This document shows, piece by piece, positions 38,868 through 52,107 of a DNA stretch of 64,000 nucleotides. The stretch's first letter is position 1, and the number at the start of each line of letters is the position of its first letter. The notes beneath the pieces were generated by a model. The model did not search any database. It was not told the origin of the DNA and saw only the letters and a list, made by a program, of their open reading frames with translations. The DNA comes from Octopus sinensis (lineage: Eukaryota), in assembly GCF_006345805.1 (NCBI RefSeq), contig NC_043004.1, positions 52,080,001-52,144,000 on the forward strand. Reading direction: 5' to 3'. Position numbers and translations under genes: made by a program.

Positions 38868-39124
38868 TTATTATTATTATTTATTATTATTATTTATGTA
38901 TTTATTCTTAATCTGCATGTTTGTCACAATCTCTTAAGACCAGCGTCCTAGGGCGAGTGAAGTATAAGAGATGATACATTATGACTGAAAACGGGATGGT
39001 GGTGACAGGAGCTGTAGTGAAATATCTTCGTGTAATAAAACACAGACATTTAAATTGATAGGGTTGGATGTGAGCACTACTTGTGAGCACAATCTTTTTT
39101 CTTATCATACCTAGTTGTTGTTTG

Positions 39125-39418
39125 TTACTTCTCGAGCCACGCCTGGTTCATAGGGCCGGTTTCCCGGTTTCCTTGGCGTATAGGTTTCCCACGTGGACGG
39201 GACGCCGGTCCGTCGCAGGTGAGCTTCAAGATGCAGGAGGAAAGAGTGAGAGAAGCTGGTGGCGAAAGAGTCAGCAATAGTTCGGCATTAACTTTGGCAG
39301 AGAACGTGAAGCTTAGGTTTTTCACTCATAAACACGCACATCGCTCGGTCTGAGATTCGAATCCGAGATCTCTCGAATGCGTGTCCACTGCTCTAACTAC
39401 TAGGCCATGTGCCTCCAC
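39125..39418 (-). mobile_element. Chimeric SINE: type A-like head and body with type D-like tail
   Basis: Head GGAGGCACATGGCCTAGTAGTTAGAGCAG, A-like TTCTCTCACTCTT body, D-like GGCGTCCCGTCCA..ATACGCCA..GAAACCGGGAAACCGGCCC tail. Confidence 0.8.
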
Positions 39419-39421
39419 TCT

Positions 39422-40214
39422 CATACCTCGGGCATCCACAATAACAGAACCAATTCTCGCCTTCCTATGCTACACCTTATGCATTTCAATTTCCAGAGTC
39501 TTATATTTACTTAATTTGTCAAATTTCTTTACACATATTTTTGTTACTGGGAACAATTACATCTATTTGCCTACAAGTATTTTCTTCCTTGTTTTAATGA
39601 CTATGTCTGGTCGGTTAGCCAAGTTCGTTCTGTTGGGGTTGATTGAAAAATCCCAGGAGATAGTGACATTTTTACCTTCAACGACTGGCTCAGGATAATG
39701 TTCATACCGGTAACTAGGAGTGCTGATTTTGTTGTGATTACTTATTTTCCAATGTAAATACTGTCCCACACTATCGTGGTTATTTCTGCATTCATTTGGT
39801 GTGAGCATAAAACATCCCGAGATGTGATGGTCTATTATTTTATGAAATATATCGGAGAATCTGCATTTATAGTCAGAACCGTTTTCAACGGTAGCCTGGT
39901 GTTTGTTGGTAAGCAAGCTTTTATCTTGTGTCGCTAATATGAAACCTTTTAGTCTCTGCTTTCAGTCCTGAGCTTCTCAGCCACCGATGGGTTGTTGCTT
40001 GGTGTATTCAGCATTTCGGCTTTGAAGTATATACTGTCTATGTAGAGGCTTCTGGCTCCACCGCTCCGTTCTTTTTTGTAGTCCTTCTGTTCTGTTTTGC
40101 TTCTTTTGTAGTAGTGGTTTCAGGTTCTTCATCTAATTCACGGTTAATACTGAGTTCCCTTGCTAATTTGCTAGCTTCCTTGACAATAGAATGTGTCTTT
40201 TTGCTGCTTTTTAC
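39422..40214 (-). mobile_element. Truncated RLE-type non-LTR retrotransposon
   Basis: WLRSSGLKAET, HHISGC..HDSVGQYLHW, RTNLANRPDIVIK, DKLSKYKTLEIE. 5' break at the (TAA)n tract 40215-40262. Confidence 0.88.
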
Positions 40215-40261
<47 letters not shown>

Positions 40262-40263
<2 letters not shown>

Positions 40264-40900
40264 TCCTTTCATTATAACTCTATTTCAGTTGCCTTAGTAC
40301 GCTTGGCATCCTCCGGAGGCCAAGAGTAGCAAGGACACTTTTGTTTTGCTATGCATGCTAAAATTATAACCACATTTATTCTATTTTAGATGAAGAGTGC
40401 TTTCCGTAGTATATGGGCTGTACCCATCAAGGTTACCTTTTGTAGCTCACGGAAATTGGAGTTAACAGGGAGCTGCTTAACATACTTCTCCGCTCCCTTC
40501 CTTATCAACACAGTCAGTTGTCTCTGAATTTTTCACAAATACTGCACGAGGGTCAGATCTATCATTAATGATGCCTCCACGGTAGTTTCTGGTAGATAAT
40601 CCCTGATCTTGCGCGGCAATAACGAACCTTCTGTTGTCCCTTTCAGACCTGTCCCTTTTAGCCATTATGTTAGTTTGATCAATATCTAACAAGCCGTTAG
40701 AGTATTTTCCATGCAGGAGTTTACCTCTACAGTTGTCTTCGATATTATTCATAAAAGCCTTCTTTGCTTTTTCCTGATGTTTTTTGCATCAGTGATAGGT
40801 TTGTCACTATTTAGATTTCTTTGGTCTTTCTGATTGTTAATTTCTAAATCAGGAGAAGCAATGGTAGGTCTGTCAGTATTTGGGTGTCTTTTGTTATTCT
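40262..40900 (-). mobile_element. Second RLE-type non-LTR fragment, internally deleted, ending in (AAT)n
   Basis: LLHGKY, FVIAAQDQGLSTRNY (ORF 40477-40752), C-terminal ELQKVTLMGTAHILRKALFI*, then a short 3' UTR and an (AAT)n tail. Confidence 0.8.
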
Positions 40901-41875
40901 CATTGTTAACTTGTAGGTCTAGAGACTTTTAAAATTTCTGACTAATCTTCATAAATGAAGCTCGTTTAGAATAGTCATGCTTCAGTGCAGTTTTAAGAGC
41001 ACATTGATGTGTTAAGGTACGTTTCAAGGCCAATTACACTGGTCAACACGATTTTTGGTGCCAAGAAACAAAACGCGATTTTTTTTAGCTAATTTGATGG
41101 TGCTGATTCAGAAAATGACATTAATTTTTCATGGTTACCTACCGTTTTTGCTCTACTGAAATTGCTCATTTTTGGAAGAAAGATCAATTTACGGTCTTGG
41201 CTGATCACAAAATTTAGTTTAAAAATGTAGTAGAAACATAAATTTTCATGTAGGCAGAGCATTTTATGTTAACCACCTGAAATAAACTATATCACACAAA
41301 AACTGTTTTTGAATAAAAACTTTTAAAATAGCAGTACCGAATTTTTCCAATTTATTGCCAAAATTCAAATTAACTTATAAACTTTATTGGTAATACACTT
41401 TAGTAAACCTCATAATTAATGTGACATCAATAAATGAAACTCTAAAGTCTTCATAAATTTATCCCATCACTTTTACCCTTCAATACGGAAGGAAACCAAG
41501 CACATTAAGAGCTTTTGTTTTTACAGTTGGAAAAAAAACTCCAACTAAAAATATCCCAACTCAGTGCACCTATTCCATTGTACATGGTGAACATCATGAA
41601 AATGGTTTCACCATAATATCTGCCCTCCACGCGAGATTACGAAGATACGAAGGAGAATCAGTATAACGACTCTTCCTGTCTTTTGTTATTGACAATTTCG
41701 CGAGTCTTTCCGTGGGACATTAGGAAAGATCCAATTATCTAAAAATGTGTACACGCAAAGTGTAATGTAAATGCTCAACCAACTCATGTTCCTTTTTAAT
41801 CATAGAGACAGATATCAAATGACATGGCTTCTACGAGGGGATGCAAAAATGATCGCGACTTATTTTGCTATAGAT

Positions 41876-42090
41876 GCGGTGAGTTCATACAGAAAGGTTA
41901 GCACGCTTAGCATGCTTAGTGGTATTTCATCTGTCTTTACGTTCTGAGTTCAAATTCCGCCGAGGTAGATTTTTGCATTTCATCCTTTCGGGATTGATAA
42001 CTTAAGTACCAGTTGCGTGCAAAGTCGATCTAATCGACTGTCCGCTTCCCCCAAAATTTCGGGACTCGTGTCTAGAGTAGAAAAGAATAT
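41876..42090 (+). mobile_element. SINE type C
   Basis: TTCTGAGTTCAAATTCCGCCGAGG..TTTCATCCTTTCGGG..AAGTACCAGTTGCG. Confidence 0.82.
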
Positions 42091-42818
42091 TAATGCAGTG
42101 TTTCTCTTGTATAGACATATTTAGTGCCACTCATACGAAGTTTCATGCGGCGCTACGGGCAAGTGTTTTCCTTGATTTTTCAAAAAAATTTGCTCAAGTT
42201 TTATGATATCCGACATTGCTTCGACTGAATCCAACAGACAACCGTTAAAGACCCTGATGTGTGTGTGTGTGTGTGTCTGTGTGTGTCTGTGTGTCTGTTT
42301 GCGTGTGCGTGTACGCGTGCGTGTGTGCGCGCGAGTGTATATTGGTAGATGCATAGATATATGGATAGATACATAAATAAACATATAAATAGATAGATTG
42401 TGTGTAGAGATAGAAGGGGAGTGGCATAGATAGATATGTACATCCATAACTACGCGCACAAACAGACACACACACGTGTGTGCGTGTAAAGCCGGCTAGA
42501 TTCTAGAAATGTTTGCATTTATTGAGAGTCAGCTCTCCGATATAATGCAATATCAGATATTCATTGGAACCCACGAGAATTATATGTTTGTTTCAAGTAG
42601 GCTCTTTACGTCAATAGGTAACCTTGGCAACAAATACGATTAAATTGATCTCCCAACGGTAGATTTATAGATATGTTGTAGATTATGAGATGATCAGCGC
42701 TAGCAGTAGCATTCTATAGAAAATAGGTTTACAGCGGTACTGAAGTGAATCTAGTGTGTATATATATATATGTATGTTTGCTTGTGTACATCTGTGTTCA
42801 TATACATATATATATATA

Positions 42819-42874
<56 letters not shown>

Positions 42875-43058
42875 TGCATGTGTATAAGTATATTTTTAAG
42901 TATGCCAGTGCGCGTGTGTTTGTGAGTCTATCCTTGTACGTACACGTGGAGGGATGTTTCTTTGTGTGGCATGGATTGATAAACCATACCTAATCGTAAA
43001 ATTATATGTCGAGATAGACGAAGACAAAAGATAAAGAAAGCAATGCATTATATTTAAG

Positions 43059-43149
43059 GACCTCCAGATGTCGCTTGTGACGATGTGTGCAATCAATGCC
43101 GGGGTTTCGCATGCGATAAGTGCATGTTTCTAAAGCGACGAATCATGTC
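43059..43149 (+). CDS. Candidate isolated Cys-rich exon
   Basis: TATTTAAG| ... TC|GTATGT; 91 nt, phase 1 to phase 2, open: PPDVACDDVCNQCRGFACDKCMFLKRRIM. No partner exon confirmed. Confidence 0.35.
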
Positions 43150-43266
43150 GTATGTATTTGATATGATGTGCAACAGCATATCTGTAATGAAAGATAATAG
43201 GCCTAACGTATTAGAATTTCAATAGATACCGGACATTCAAGTTTTGGAAAAAAGAGAAAGGGAGAC

Positions 43267-43300
<34 letters not shown>

Positions 43301-43451
43301 AAGAGAAGGTGAATTTAAGTAATCGTAGTTATTCATCTTAAACTTCTTAAGTGCGCAAATATTTGTGTGTATACACACACATATATGTACACACATACTC
43401 GTATGTATACATTTGTGAATATATATATATATATACATACATACACATACA

Positions 43452-43492
<41 letters not shown>

Positions 43493-44949
43493 GAGTGCAT
43501 GTATATTGTTTACTTATAAATATATAAACCAATGAAAAGAAGATAAAGAAAATTATTTAAAACATCTTAAATTATAAGTTACACATGTTTCCGTATCATC
43601 TCCATTTGCAACGCCAATTTAAGCAAAAATTTCTGAGAAAAAACGTAATAATTTAGGTTTTAGGCATTGGAAAAGCACTTCCTCAGACTTGCATCTAAGT
43701 CATGCAATTACATTATGCGTCTATCAGACCTTACTGTTAGGAAAGTATATATGTATATATGTATGTATGTACGTATGTATACATGCATGTATGTATGTAT
43801 GTATGTATGCATGCATGTATGTATGCATGCATGTATGTATGTATGTGTGTATGTATGTATGTGTATGTATGTATGTATATGTGTGTGTATGTATGTATGT
43901 GTATGTATGTATGTATGTATGTATGTATGTATGTATGTATGTATGTATGTATGTATGTATGTATATACACTCACACTCATTCATAAGATGATATGGCTAC
44001 ATACGCGTATAAATGCAGCCATACAAGCAACGAATTGGAAGAGTTGCACAGAATGCCTCGCGGTTTTGTTCGAGCTCTGTACGATCTGTTTTCAAATCTT
44101 GTGGCTTACGTTGCTTTAAAACCTTTCGGAATTTTTTAGAAAATGGATTAAGAACTAACTGTATGAATGTCAGACCGGGTATCTTGTGTCATTCGTTTTG
44201 TTTTGGTTTCAAATGCAGTCATTGGCTGCATGAGTTGTAGACGCCAGGTTTCATTCTCTTTGACAACAATATGGCACTTTGGATACTCCTAACAGAATTC
44301 TCTCTGTTGCAAGCATTCAGGTTATGATTCTGTTTTGAGAATAGCTTCTTGCATCTTACTTCATTTTTGTGTTGGAGGCCATGTGGCGGTAACATGGACT
44401 CTGCCTTAACTCTTGATTAAAACTATAAAAACTATATGTAGTACACTCATTCACGCTGAAAGACACACGTCATCACACTGTGTCACACAAACACACGCAC
44501 TCTTTCTTTCTCCCACCCTATGTTTTTTCTCTCTCTATTTCCCTTTCTTTCTTTTTTTTTCTCTCTCTCTCTCTCACATACATACACAAGCTTCCGTAAG
44601 TTGGTGGATACTCAATAGAATACATTCATTGAGAATACATTGATTGCCTTGTGGATATTTCGATAGGGTACATGATATAGGACTGGAAACGAAATAAACA
44701 CCTTCAAAATGCCGCGCAAATTCGGTTGACATATTATCTATCTTGGGAGCGATGACTTTTATCTAACGGCGTGCTATAAACCATTTGTAGCTCCTAGAAT
44801 GGAGACATGAGTAAACTTCCAAAAGTCGAAACATACCAGTTTACTATATATTTTATGACAGTATAAAACAATTTTGGAATTTTCTCTTCACATTTCGTTA
44901 TATATCGTACTACTGGCTTTAATGACATAGCTTGAAATTTCCTTATTCG

Positions 44950-47365
44950 CCATGACAATAGAACAAAACAATTCAGGCAAAACAGATTGTTTGAATCAAA
45001 TCAGAGAAAAAAAATTGTTTCAGGAAATAGATGGGCAGTTATATGTGACAATGAAACCAGATGCAAAGGTAAGCAGACCATTCTGGAGAGTGATCTGGGA
45101 CCAACCTGTAGAGCATTATGATGAAGCGGAGTGGTTGCATGGAATCCAAGATAAGCTTAGGAATACAAAATGCTAATAAAAATAAGTACAGAAATGATAA
45201 CAGAACAGTTAATTACCAAATTGGAAGAGACCAGGACCGGATGGAGTCCAAGGTTACTGGATAAAGAAGCTGAGAGAGCTCCATGAAAGGTCAGCGTAAC
45301 AGTTAGCTGAGTGCTTGCAGGAAGGTACAGCATCCAGGTGGATGACAAATGGAAAGGCATTGTTATGTGTCTGAAAACGGAAATGCTACCTTCAATTTTC
45401 GACCAATAATGTACCTTTCGCTAATGTGGAAACTAATACCAGGTTTTGACCGGTGAACTCTACAGGTATTAAAGAAAATGTGGGCTACTAACTATTGAAC
45501 TGAAAGGTGCCGAAAGAGGAGCCGGAGAACGAAGGATCAGCTCTTGATTGATAATCTAATTATCAGGAACTGCAAGAGAAGACACACAAACCTGAGCATG
45601 GCATGGATTGACTATAGTAAAACATATGATATGATACCAAATTCCTGGATAATAAGAACAATGGAAATGTATGGAGTAGCAGAAAACATGAGAAGTCTTA
45701 TATGGAACAGTATGAAATGTTGTAGAATGGGATTGACATCAGGGATTCAAGTTTTAGGAGAGGTGAAAATCAAAAGAGGAATCTTCCCGGGGACTGTGTA
45801 TCCCCATTGATATTCGGCTTGGGAATGATCCCCTTGAGTGAAATACTAGAAAAAACAATGTTGGGGTGTGATCTGGGAAGAGATAATGGAAAACTGAACC
45901 ACTTGCTATTCATGGACGACTAGACGTTATTCGCTAAAATCGCGGCAAAACTGGATAGCCTAGTCCAGCTTGTGTGGAATTTCTTCAATATTTAAGTGGA
46001 GGTTGGACTCTCAAAATGGGTTACGATGGTGATGAGACGAGGAAAGCATGTCAGGACAGAATGCATATATTTGCCAAATGGTGAAATGATGACGGCAATT
46101 CATTACAAACTAGCTATAAATACATGGGAATACTTGAAGCTGATGGAATTAAATACAATGACATGAAAAAAAGACCAAAAGGGAGTACCTGCGGCGAGTG
46201 AGTGAAATATTGTCTTCAAAGTTGAATGCCAGAAATATAAATTCAACAATAAACTCTCGCGCAGTCGCAGTAGTTCGGTACGGCGCTGGGATCCTAAAGT
46301 CGACATAGGAAGAGCAAAAGGACAAGAAGTCAAGAAAGTTCCTAAAGATGCATGGAGCCCATCATCCATGGGCAGACACTGATCGTCTATACATGAAGAG
46401 AACAAATGGACGAAGAGGACTGATGAGTGTGGAAGACTGTGTACGTATCGAACTGGAGAGCTTGATGAGATACCTAGCGCAAAATAAGGAACGATGGAAT
46501 GCTGAACGCAGAGAAAAGGGGAAAACAACTGAGGAAGTAAAAAAAAAACAGGAAAAAGAATTACGCAAGAAGAAACTAAACAATAAGTTCCATGTAGCCA
46601 CAAAAGAAGTTGTGGAAAAATAGGTGGGAAAAGCTGAAGAACGTAACACTAAAATAGAAATAGAGTCCTAGTGCGATATATTGGCAGTGCAAGACCAAGC
46701 TTTGGCCACGGACTGGAGGGCCCACCTGAAGACTGAGCAAGTGTCTCCGCTGTGCCTCATCTTCAATAGAGCGGATGAAACCTTTAACCATAACACGGAT
46801 GAATGCCCTAGACTTACCTCAAAACGCTACAAATTGTGGAGATACGACCAGGTAGCGAAAGTGCTAATTTGGAAGCTGTGAGAAAAGAGGGGCTAGACAG
46901 AGGTAAGATGTGGTATGAGCATAAATCGCAGAGAGTGGCGGAGTCGGAGAATAGCAAAATCCTCTGGTATTTCCCGATCCAAACAGATGCTAGAGCATAA
47001 CAGACCAGACCTGGCAGTGCTCGAGAAGATGCACCACATATGCTATGTAGTTGATGTTGCATGCCTCTTTGACCAACGAATAGTCAAGTAGGAAGGCAAA
47101 AAATATATAAATACAACACTCTCAAGTACAAAATAGCCCGGCTATGGAAAATGGAGGTGAAAATAGTGCCAATTATTGTTGGGTCATTAGGGGAAGAGGG
47201 CACTCAGTGGAAATGTTACAAAAGTTTTGCTTCCTTGGCTTGGCCTGATTAACCTGCTAAGTACTAGATAACTTTAAGAATGGATAGCATGGTACTGTAG
47301 GCTGCACGTAGCAAACCCACTACTCATACAAGACAACGGGAGTTCCAACAAAATCTGTGATAAAA
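44950..47365 (+). mobile_element. About 2.4-kb decayed RLE-type non-LTR retrotransposon (RT, thumb, zinc knuckle, RLE)
   Basis: [41 protein letters not shown] (about 45895-45922), DRLYMKRTNGRRGLMSVE, AVQDQAL..DETFNH..ECP, RPDLAV, PIIVGSLG. (TAA)n tail from about 47370. Many frameshifts. Confidence 0.9.
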
Positions 47366-47640
47366 AAAAAAAAAAATAATAATAATAAGGATAATAATGA
47401 TAATAATAATAAAAATAATAATAATAATGATGGGTGAGACTTGCAGCCAACTTGTACAAATGTAAAGCAGAAGTCAAACATATAATAATAATAATAATGA
47501 TAATAATAATAATAATATAATAATAATAATAATAATAGCCATCTGTGTATCATACATAATGTAAATGCATCATGAAAAGCGAAATTAATTGCGGGATTCG
47601 GCCGGAGATAATATTTCTTATGAAGGTAATGTGTTAGATT

Positions 47641-48021
47641 GGAAGCACTCCGCCGGTTACGACGACGAGGGTTCCGGTTGATCCGATCAACGGAACAGTC
47701 TGCTCGTGAAATTAACGTGTAAGTGGCTGAGCACTCCACAGACACGTGTACCCTTAACGGAGTTCTCGGGGATATTCAGCGTGACACAGAGAGTGACAAG
47801 GCCGGCCCTTTGAAATACAGGTACAACAGAAACAGGAAGTAAGAGTGAGAGAAAGTTGTGGTGAAAGAGTACAGCAGGGATCACCACCATCCCCTGCCGG
47901 AGCCTCGTGGAGCTTTAGGTGTTTCCGCTCAATAAACACTCACAACGCCCGGTCTGGGAATCGAAACCGCGATCCTACGACCGCGAGTCCGCTGCCCTAA
48001 CCACTGGGCCATTGTGCCTCC
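47641..48021 (-). mobile_element. Full-length SINE type A
   Basis: tRNA-like head GGAGGCACAATGGCCCAGTGGTTAGGGCAGCGGACTCGCGGTCGTAGGATCGCGGTTTCGATTCCC with A and B boxes. Confidence 0.93.
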
Positions 48022-48148
48022 ACTGTGTTAGATCATACACATATAACAGTAGCAGGTTGTGAAGCAGAGATGGCTAAAACACTGGTTGTCAAACCTCGGT
48101 GTGTGAAGAAGAAACATTAATAAAAACACACACATAGATATGTACATA

Positions 48149-48214
<66 letters not shown>

Positions 48215-48280
48215 CCTATCTATCTATCTATCTATCTATCTGTCTGTCTATCTATCTATCTATCTAGCTAGCTATCTACC

Positions 48281-48311
<31 letters not shown>

Positions 48312-49009
48312 TATATATATAAGAATAAATGTTTTTATATATAAAGAACGTGAAATACAGGAAGGGACGAACACGGAACACAGACAAATCATTCGAAGCC
48401 TTCAATCTTCAGTCAGACACCGAATCATCATAGCAAATTCGGCTGTTCAATTCTGATATTTGCTCCAACTCGGCCAGCCCCAAGAAAAAAACTAAGCTGT
48501 AAGCATTAGATTTCTTGGTAGAAGACAACAATGTAAACGCAAGAGACGGATTGTAAATACAAGAGACGAAAACGAAATTGAAAACAGTAATGGATAAACA
48601 AAATATAACGGTGGTTGTCTTACAACTTTAGACCAAATGAGACAAAAACAACAACAACATAGCAGCTGGCGTAGAAATAATTACCTTTTCGGTAGAGGGG
48701 ACACATGTTGGTCGAGATACGATCGCCAACAGAATGGTTAAGAAGCAGCAGGTTGCAGGAGAGAGAGAGAAAGAGAGAAGAGATATATATAGTGTGTATG
48801 TATATATACATATTCACGTGCGATTGAACATACGAAAGAAGAGCATCACATTTATCGGGAGTTACATGTGTATGGATAAATTCGTTGTTACTCCGACAGT
48901 TTCCCGCGTGATGCTAAAGTTCATCCGTTTTGAATTTCGAACGGCTGAAGATTAGCAACACGTTTCAAACTCTCGGAGTACCAACGAATTTGAATCATAC
49001 TGTAATGGT

Positions 49010-49061
<52 letters not shown>

Positions 49062-49128
49062 ATATATATACATATATATATATATTATATATATATATAT
49101 ATGTATATATATTATATATATATATGTA

Positions 49129-49162
<34 letters not shown>

Positions 49163-49211
49163 TGAAATACATATTCATATATATATATAATATATATATG
49201 TATGAATAAAG

Positions 49212-49242
<31 letters not shown>

Positions 49243-49607
49243 ATATATGAATAAAGATATATATATATATATGTGTGCGTGTGTGTGTGTGTGTGTATGT
49301 ACACATGTATATGTTTGTGTAAGCGATCGTACTCGCACACACACAAGCACTCTTTCTCTTTCGCACGCGCCAAAACAAAACACATAAGCACACACAAACA
49401 CAAACACACTCACTTTGCCACACCTACTTTCACACGCAGATAAACATACATTTCGCCAGACAAACAACATAAACTTTGTGAAGGAGCCATGAGATGGCAT
49501 TAGCGTTTCGAGTTATTTTTTCTTCACCTTTTATATTGAGCTATTTAAAGAACTTCAAACTACTTTTGCTCTCGACTTTCAGTTCTACGTTTTTGTTTCA
49601 CTTTCTT

Positions 49608-49667
<60 letters not shown>

Positions 49668-50080
49668 TTCCTTTCTTTTTTTATTTCTTTTTTTATTTAT
49701 TTATTTACATGTTGGTTTACTTATTATTTACATTTACCTGATGTTTTAGGTTTTGCAAATTTTGTGTTTTTTTTCTCTTCTAAGTTTTCTACTTTTATTC
49801 TATTAGAGCTAATTTTCGTTATATTTATGTCTATGTACATGTTTCCTCTCTTTCTCTTTCTCTTCCTCTCTCTCGGTCTCTGTACTGTGCATATATTTAC
49901 ATTTCTACATACAAGCAATTGCATGTGTATATATGTATGTATATATATATATTACATACATATATGTCAATTTATATAAATGGATATGCTGTGTTTGGTT
50001 GTATGCATATATACATATATAACGTATAGATATATATATTTCCTCACACAAACACACACCACACACACAGATACTTAGGA

Positions 50081-50180
<100 letters not shown>

Positions 50181-50716
50181 GTCTGTCTATCTATCTATCT
50201 GTCTATCTATCTGTTTATCAATCTGTCTCTCTGTCATCTGTCTCTGTATTTCTGTTTGTCTACCTAGTGAGATAGCGTCTACCTATTGAGCTAGCCATAG
50301 GTATATTATGTGTGTGCCTTTGTGTGTGTTTGTGTGTACAGAACGATCATACCTACCACACCTATGCCACTACGACTGGTGATCGCAAATAGGAGCACAT
50401 ATAATTTTCCACTAACATACACAAAACACACGCACACACACACAAATACGAAGGGCGAAACACGTGATCTGGCCACAACAGACAATTCTCGCCTCGTCAA
50501 CGATATAATTACAAGTACTCTTATGTACTACAAGTCCATGTGAGAGTTCCTCCCAAGGTAAATATTTCAGAAGTCTACGTTTTAACACAAATTCTGAAAA
50601 TATTTACACGCACCAACACACACACGCACAACATTGATAACGGAAAGGAGAGTGGAGATATATTCACATACAAAATTATTTTATTAAAATGTTTTCTACA
50701 GCTTAGAATGTTTTCA

Positions 50717-51125
50717 GGCGCAGGAGTGGCTGTGTGGTAAGTAGCTTGCTAACCAACGACATGGTTCCCGGTTCAGTCCCACTGCGTGGCATCTTGGGCA
50801 AGTGTCTTCTGCTATAGCCCCGGGCCGACCAATGCCTTATGAGTGGATTTGGTAGACGGAAACTGAAAGAAGCCTGTCGTATATATGTATATATGTGGGT
50901 ATGTATGTTTGTGTATTTGTGTTTGTCCCCCTAGCATTGCTTGACAACCGATGCTGGTGTGTTTACTTCCCCGCTACTTAGCGGTTCGGCAAAAGAGACG
51001 GATAGAATAAGTACTGGGCTTACAAAGAATAAGTCCCGGGGTCGATTTGCTCGACTAAAGGCGGTGCTCCAGCATGGCCACAGTCAAATGATTGAAATTA
51101 GTAAAAGAGTAAAAGAGTAAAAGAG
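50717..51125 (+). mobile_element. Full-length SINE type B
   Basis: GGCGCAGGAGTGGCTGTGTGG..CTTGGGCAAGTGTCTT..(GTAAAAGA) three times. Confidence 0.93.
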
Positions 51126-51358
51126 CTTATATGTATTTTTGACCGACATATGTTTCTACTGCACATTGCTTGGTATGCAATTATGCATTTTAGTCGTTGC
51201 AATTTTATCAAGGAATTATCCATCGACCGATATTTATCTATGCCAGTATCTCTTGAAAGCTTGAGTACTATTTAATGGACCGTTGTGGATAGCCAGCATC
51301 TATACCAACAATGCGCTATCCGCCAGGATAACTTATCCCAAATACATACATACATACA

Positions 51359-51389
<31 letters not shown>

Positions 51390-51398
51390 GTATATATA

Positions 51399-51512
51399 CA
51401 CGTTGCTCGAGTGCACTCAGCAGGCAAAAATGAGTAACGCTGCTATGGACTGACGTCCCATCCAGCTGGGTAACACATACGCCATTGAAACCGGGAAACC
51501 GGGCCCATGAGC
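51399..51512 (+). mobile_element. Type D SINE 3' half
   Basis: CACTCAGCAGGCAAAAATGAGTAAC..CATACGCCATTGAAACCGGGAAACCGGGCCCATGAG. Confidence 0.8.
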
Positions 51513-51521
51513 GCATTTATG

Positions 51522-51611
<90 letters not shown>

Positions 51612-51716
51612 TATATAAAGTTAATCCAAACAAGAAAGCACAAAAAAATACAACAACGCGAGGACGTTGAACAAATATAGTATTATTAACGCTCAGGAAA
51701 GAAGGAAAGAAGGAGG

Positions 51717-51751
51717 GTTTAACGTTTCGAGCGGAGCTCTTCGTCGGAAAC
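51717..51751 (-). ncRNA. Minimal hammerhead-ribozyme variant of the Penelope-associated type
   Basis: Minus strand GTTT-CCGACGA-A-GAGC-TCC-GCTC-GAAAC-GT-T-AAAC: 4-bp stem I, 4-bp stem II, loopless palindromic ACGT stem III, U4-to-C change and an extra A. It sits in a pyrimidine-rich pLTR-like segment (about 51660-51920). Confidence 0.65.
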
Positions 51752-52107
51752 ATAGGAGAAGGAAAGATCCAGAGAAGGGAAGACAGAGGAAAAAAAAATC
51801 GCCAACGTTACACACGAGGTCACATTTTGAAAGACCGGAAGGAAAAGGGTGAAGAAAGATGTTTTCAAAGACAGAAGGGTAGTATTGTCAAAGACAATAG
51901 AATGATAGAGGGGGGGGGATGTGTGTGTAAGTGTGGATAGGTATGTGGATATATATATATGTATATATTATTCGTTAATCCATAATATAATATAAGGACA
52001 AAAATTACGTTAATGATTTTTATCAGGTAATTAGCATGCTATAACAATTTATAGGCAATTTATACATTAAATTAATAATAATGTACATATGTATATTATT
52101 ATGTTAA

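Noticed and set aside
40990-41400. DNA-transposon-like left end (CACTGGTCAAC...GATGGTGCTGATTCAGAAAATG)
   Set aside because: I could not find a matching right terminus or TSD, so no element is called.
47950-48021. tRNA-Arg(TCG)-like sequences at SINE heads
   Set aside because: They have A/B boxes but no complete acceptor stem and continue into SINE bodies, so they are not tRNA genes.
48385-48430. Minus-strand CTGAAGATTGAAGGCTTCGAATG as a hammerhead
   Set aside because: Stem II would need a 1-nt loop, GAAA is GAAT, and no NUH/stem I follows. It may be a repeat fragment but is not a supportable ribozyme.
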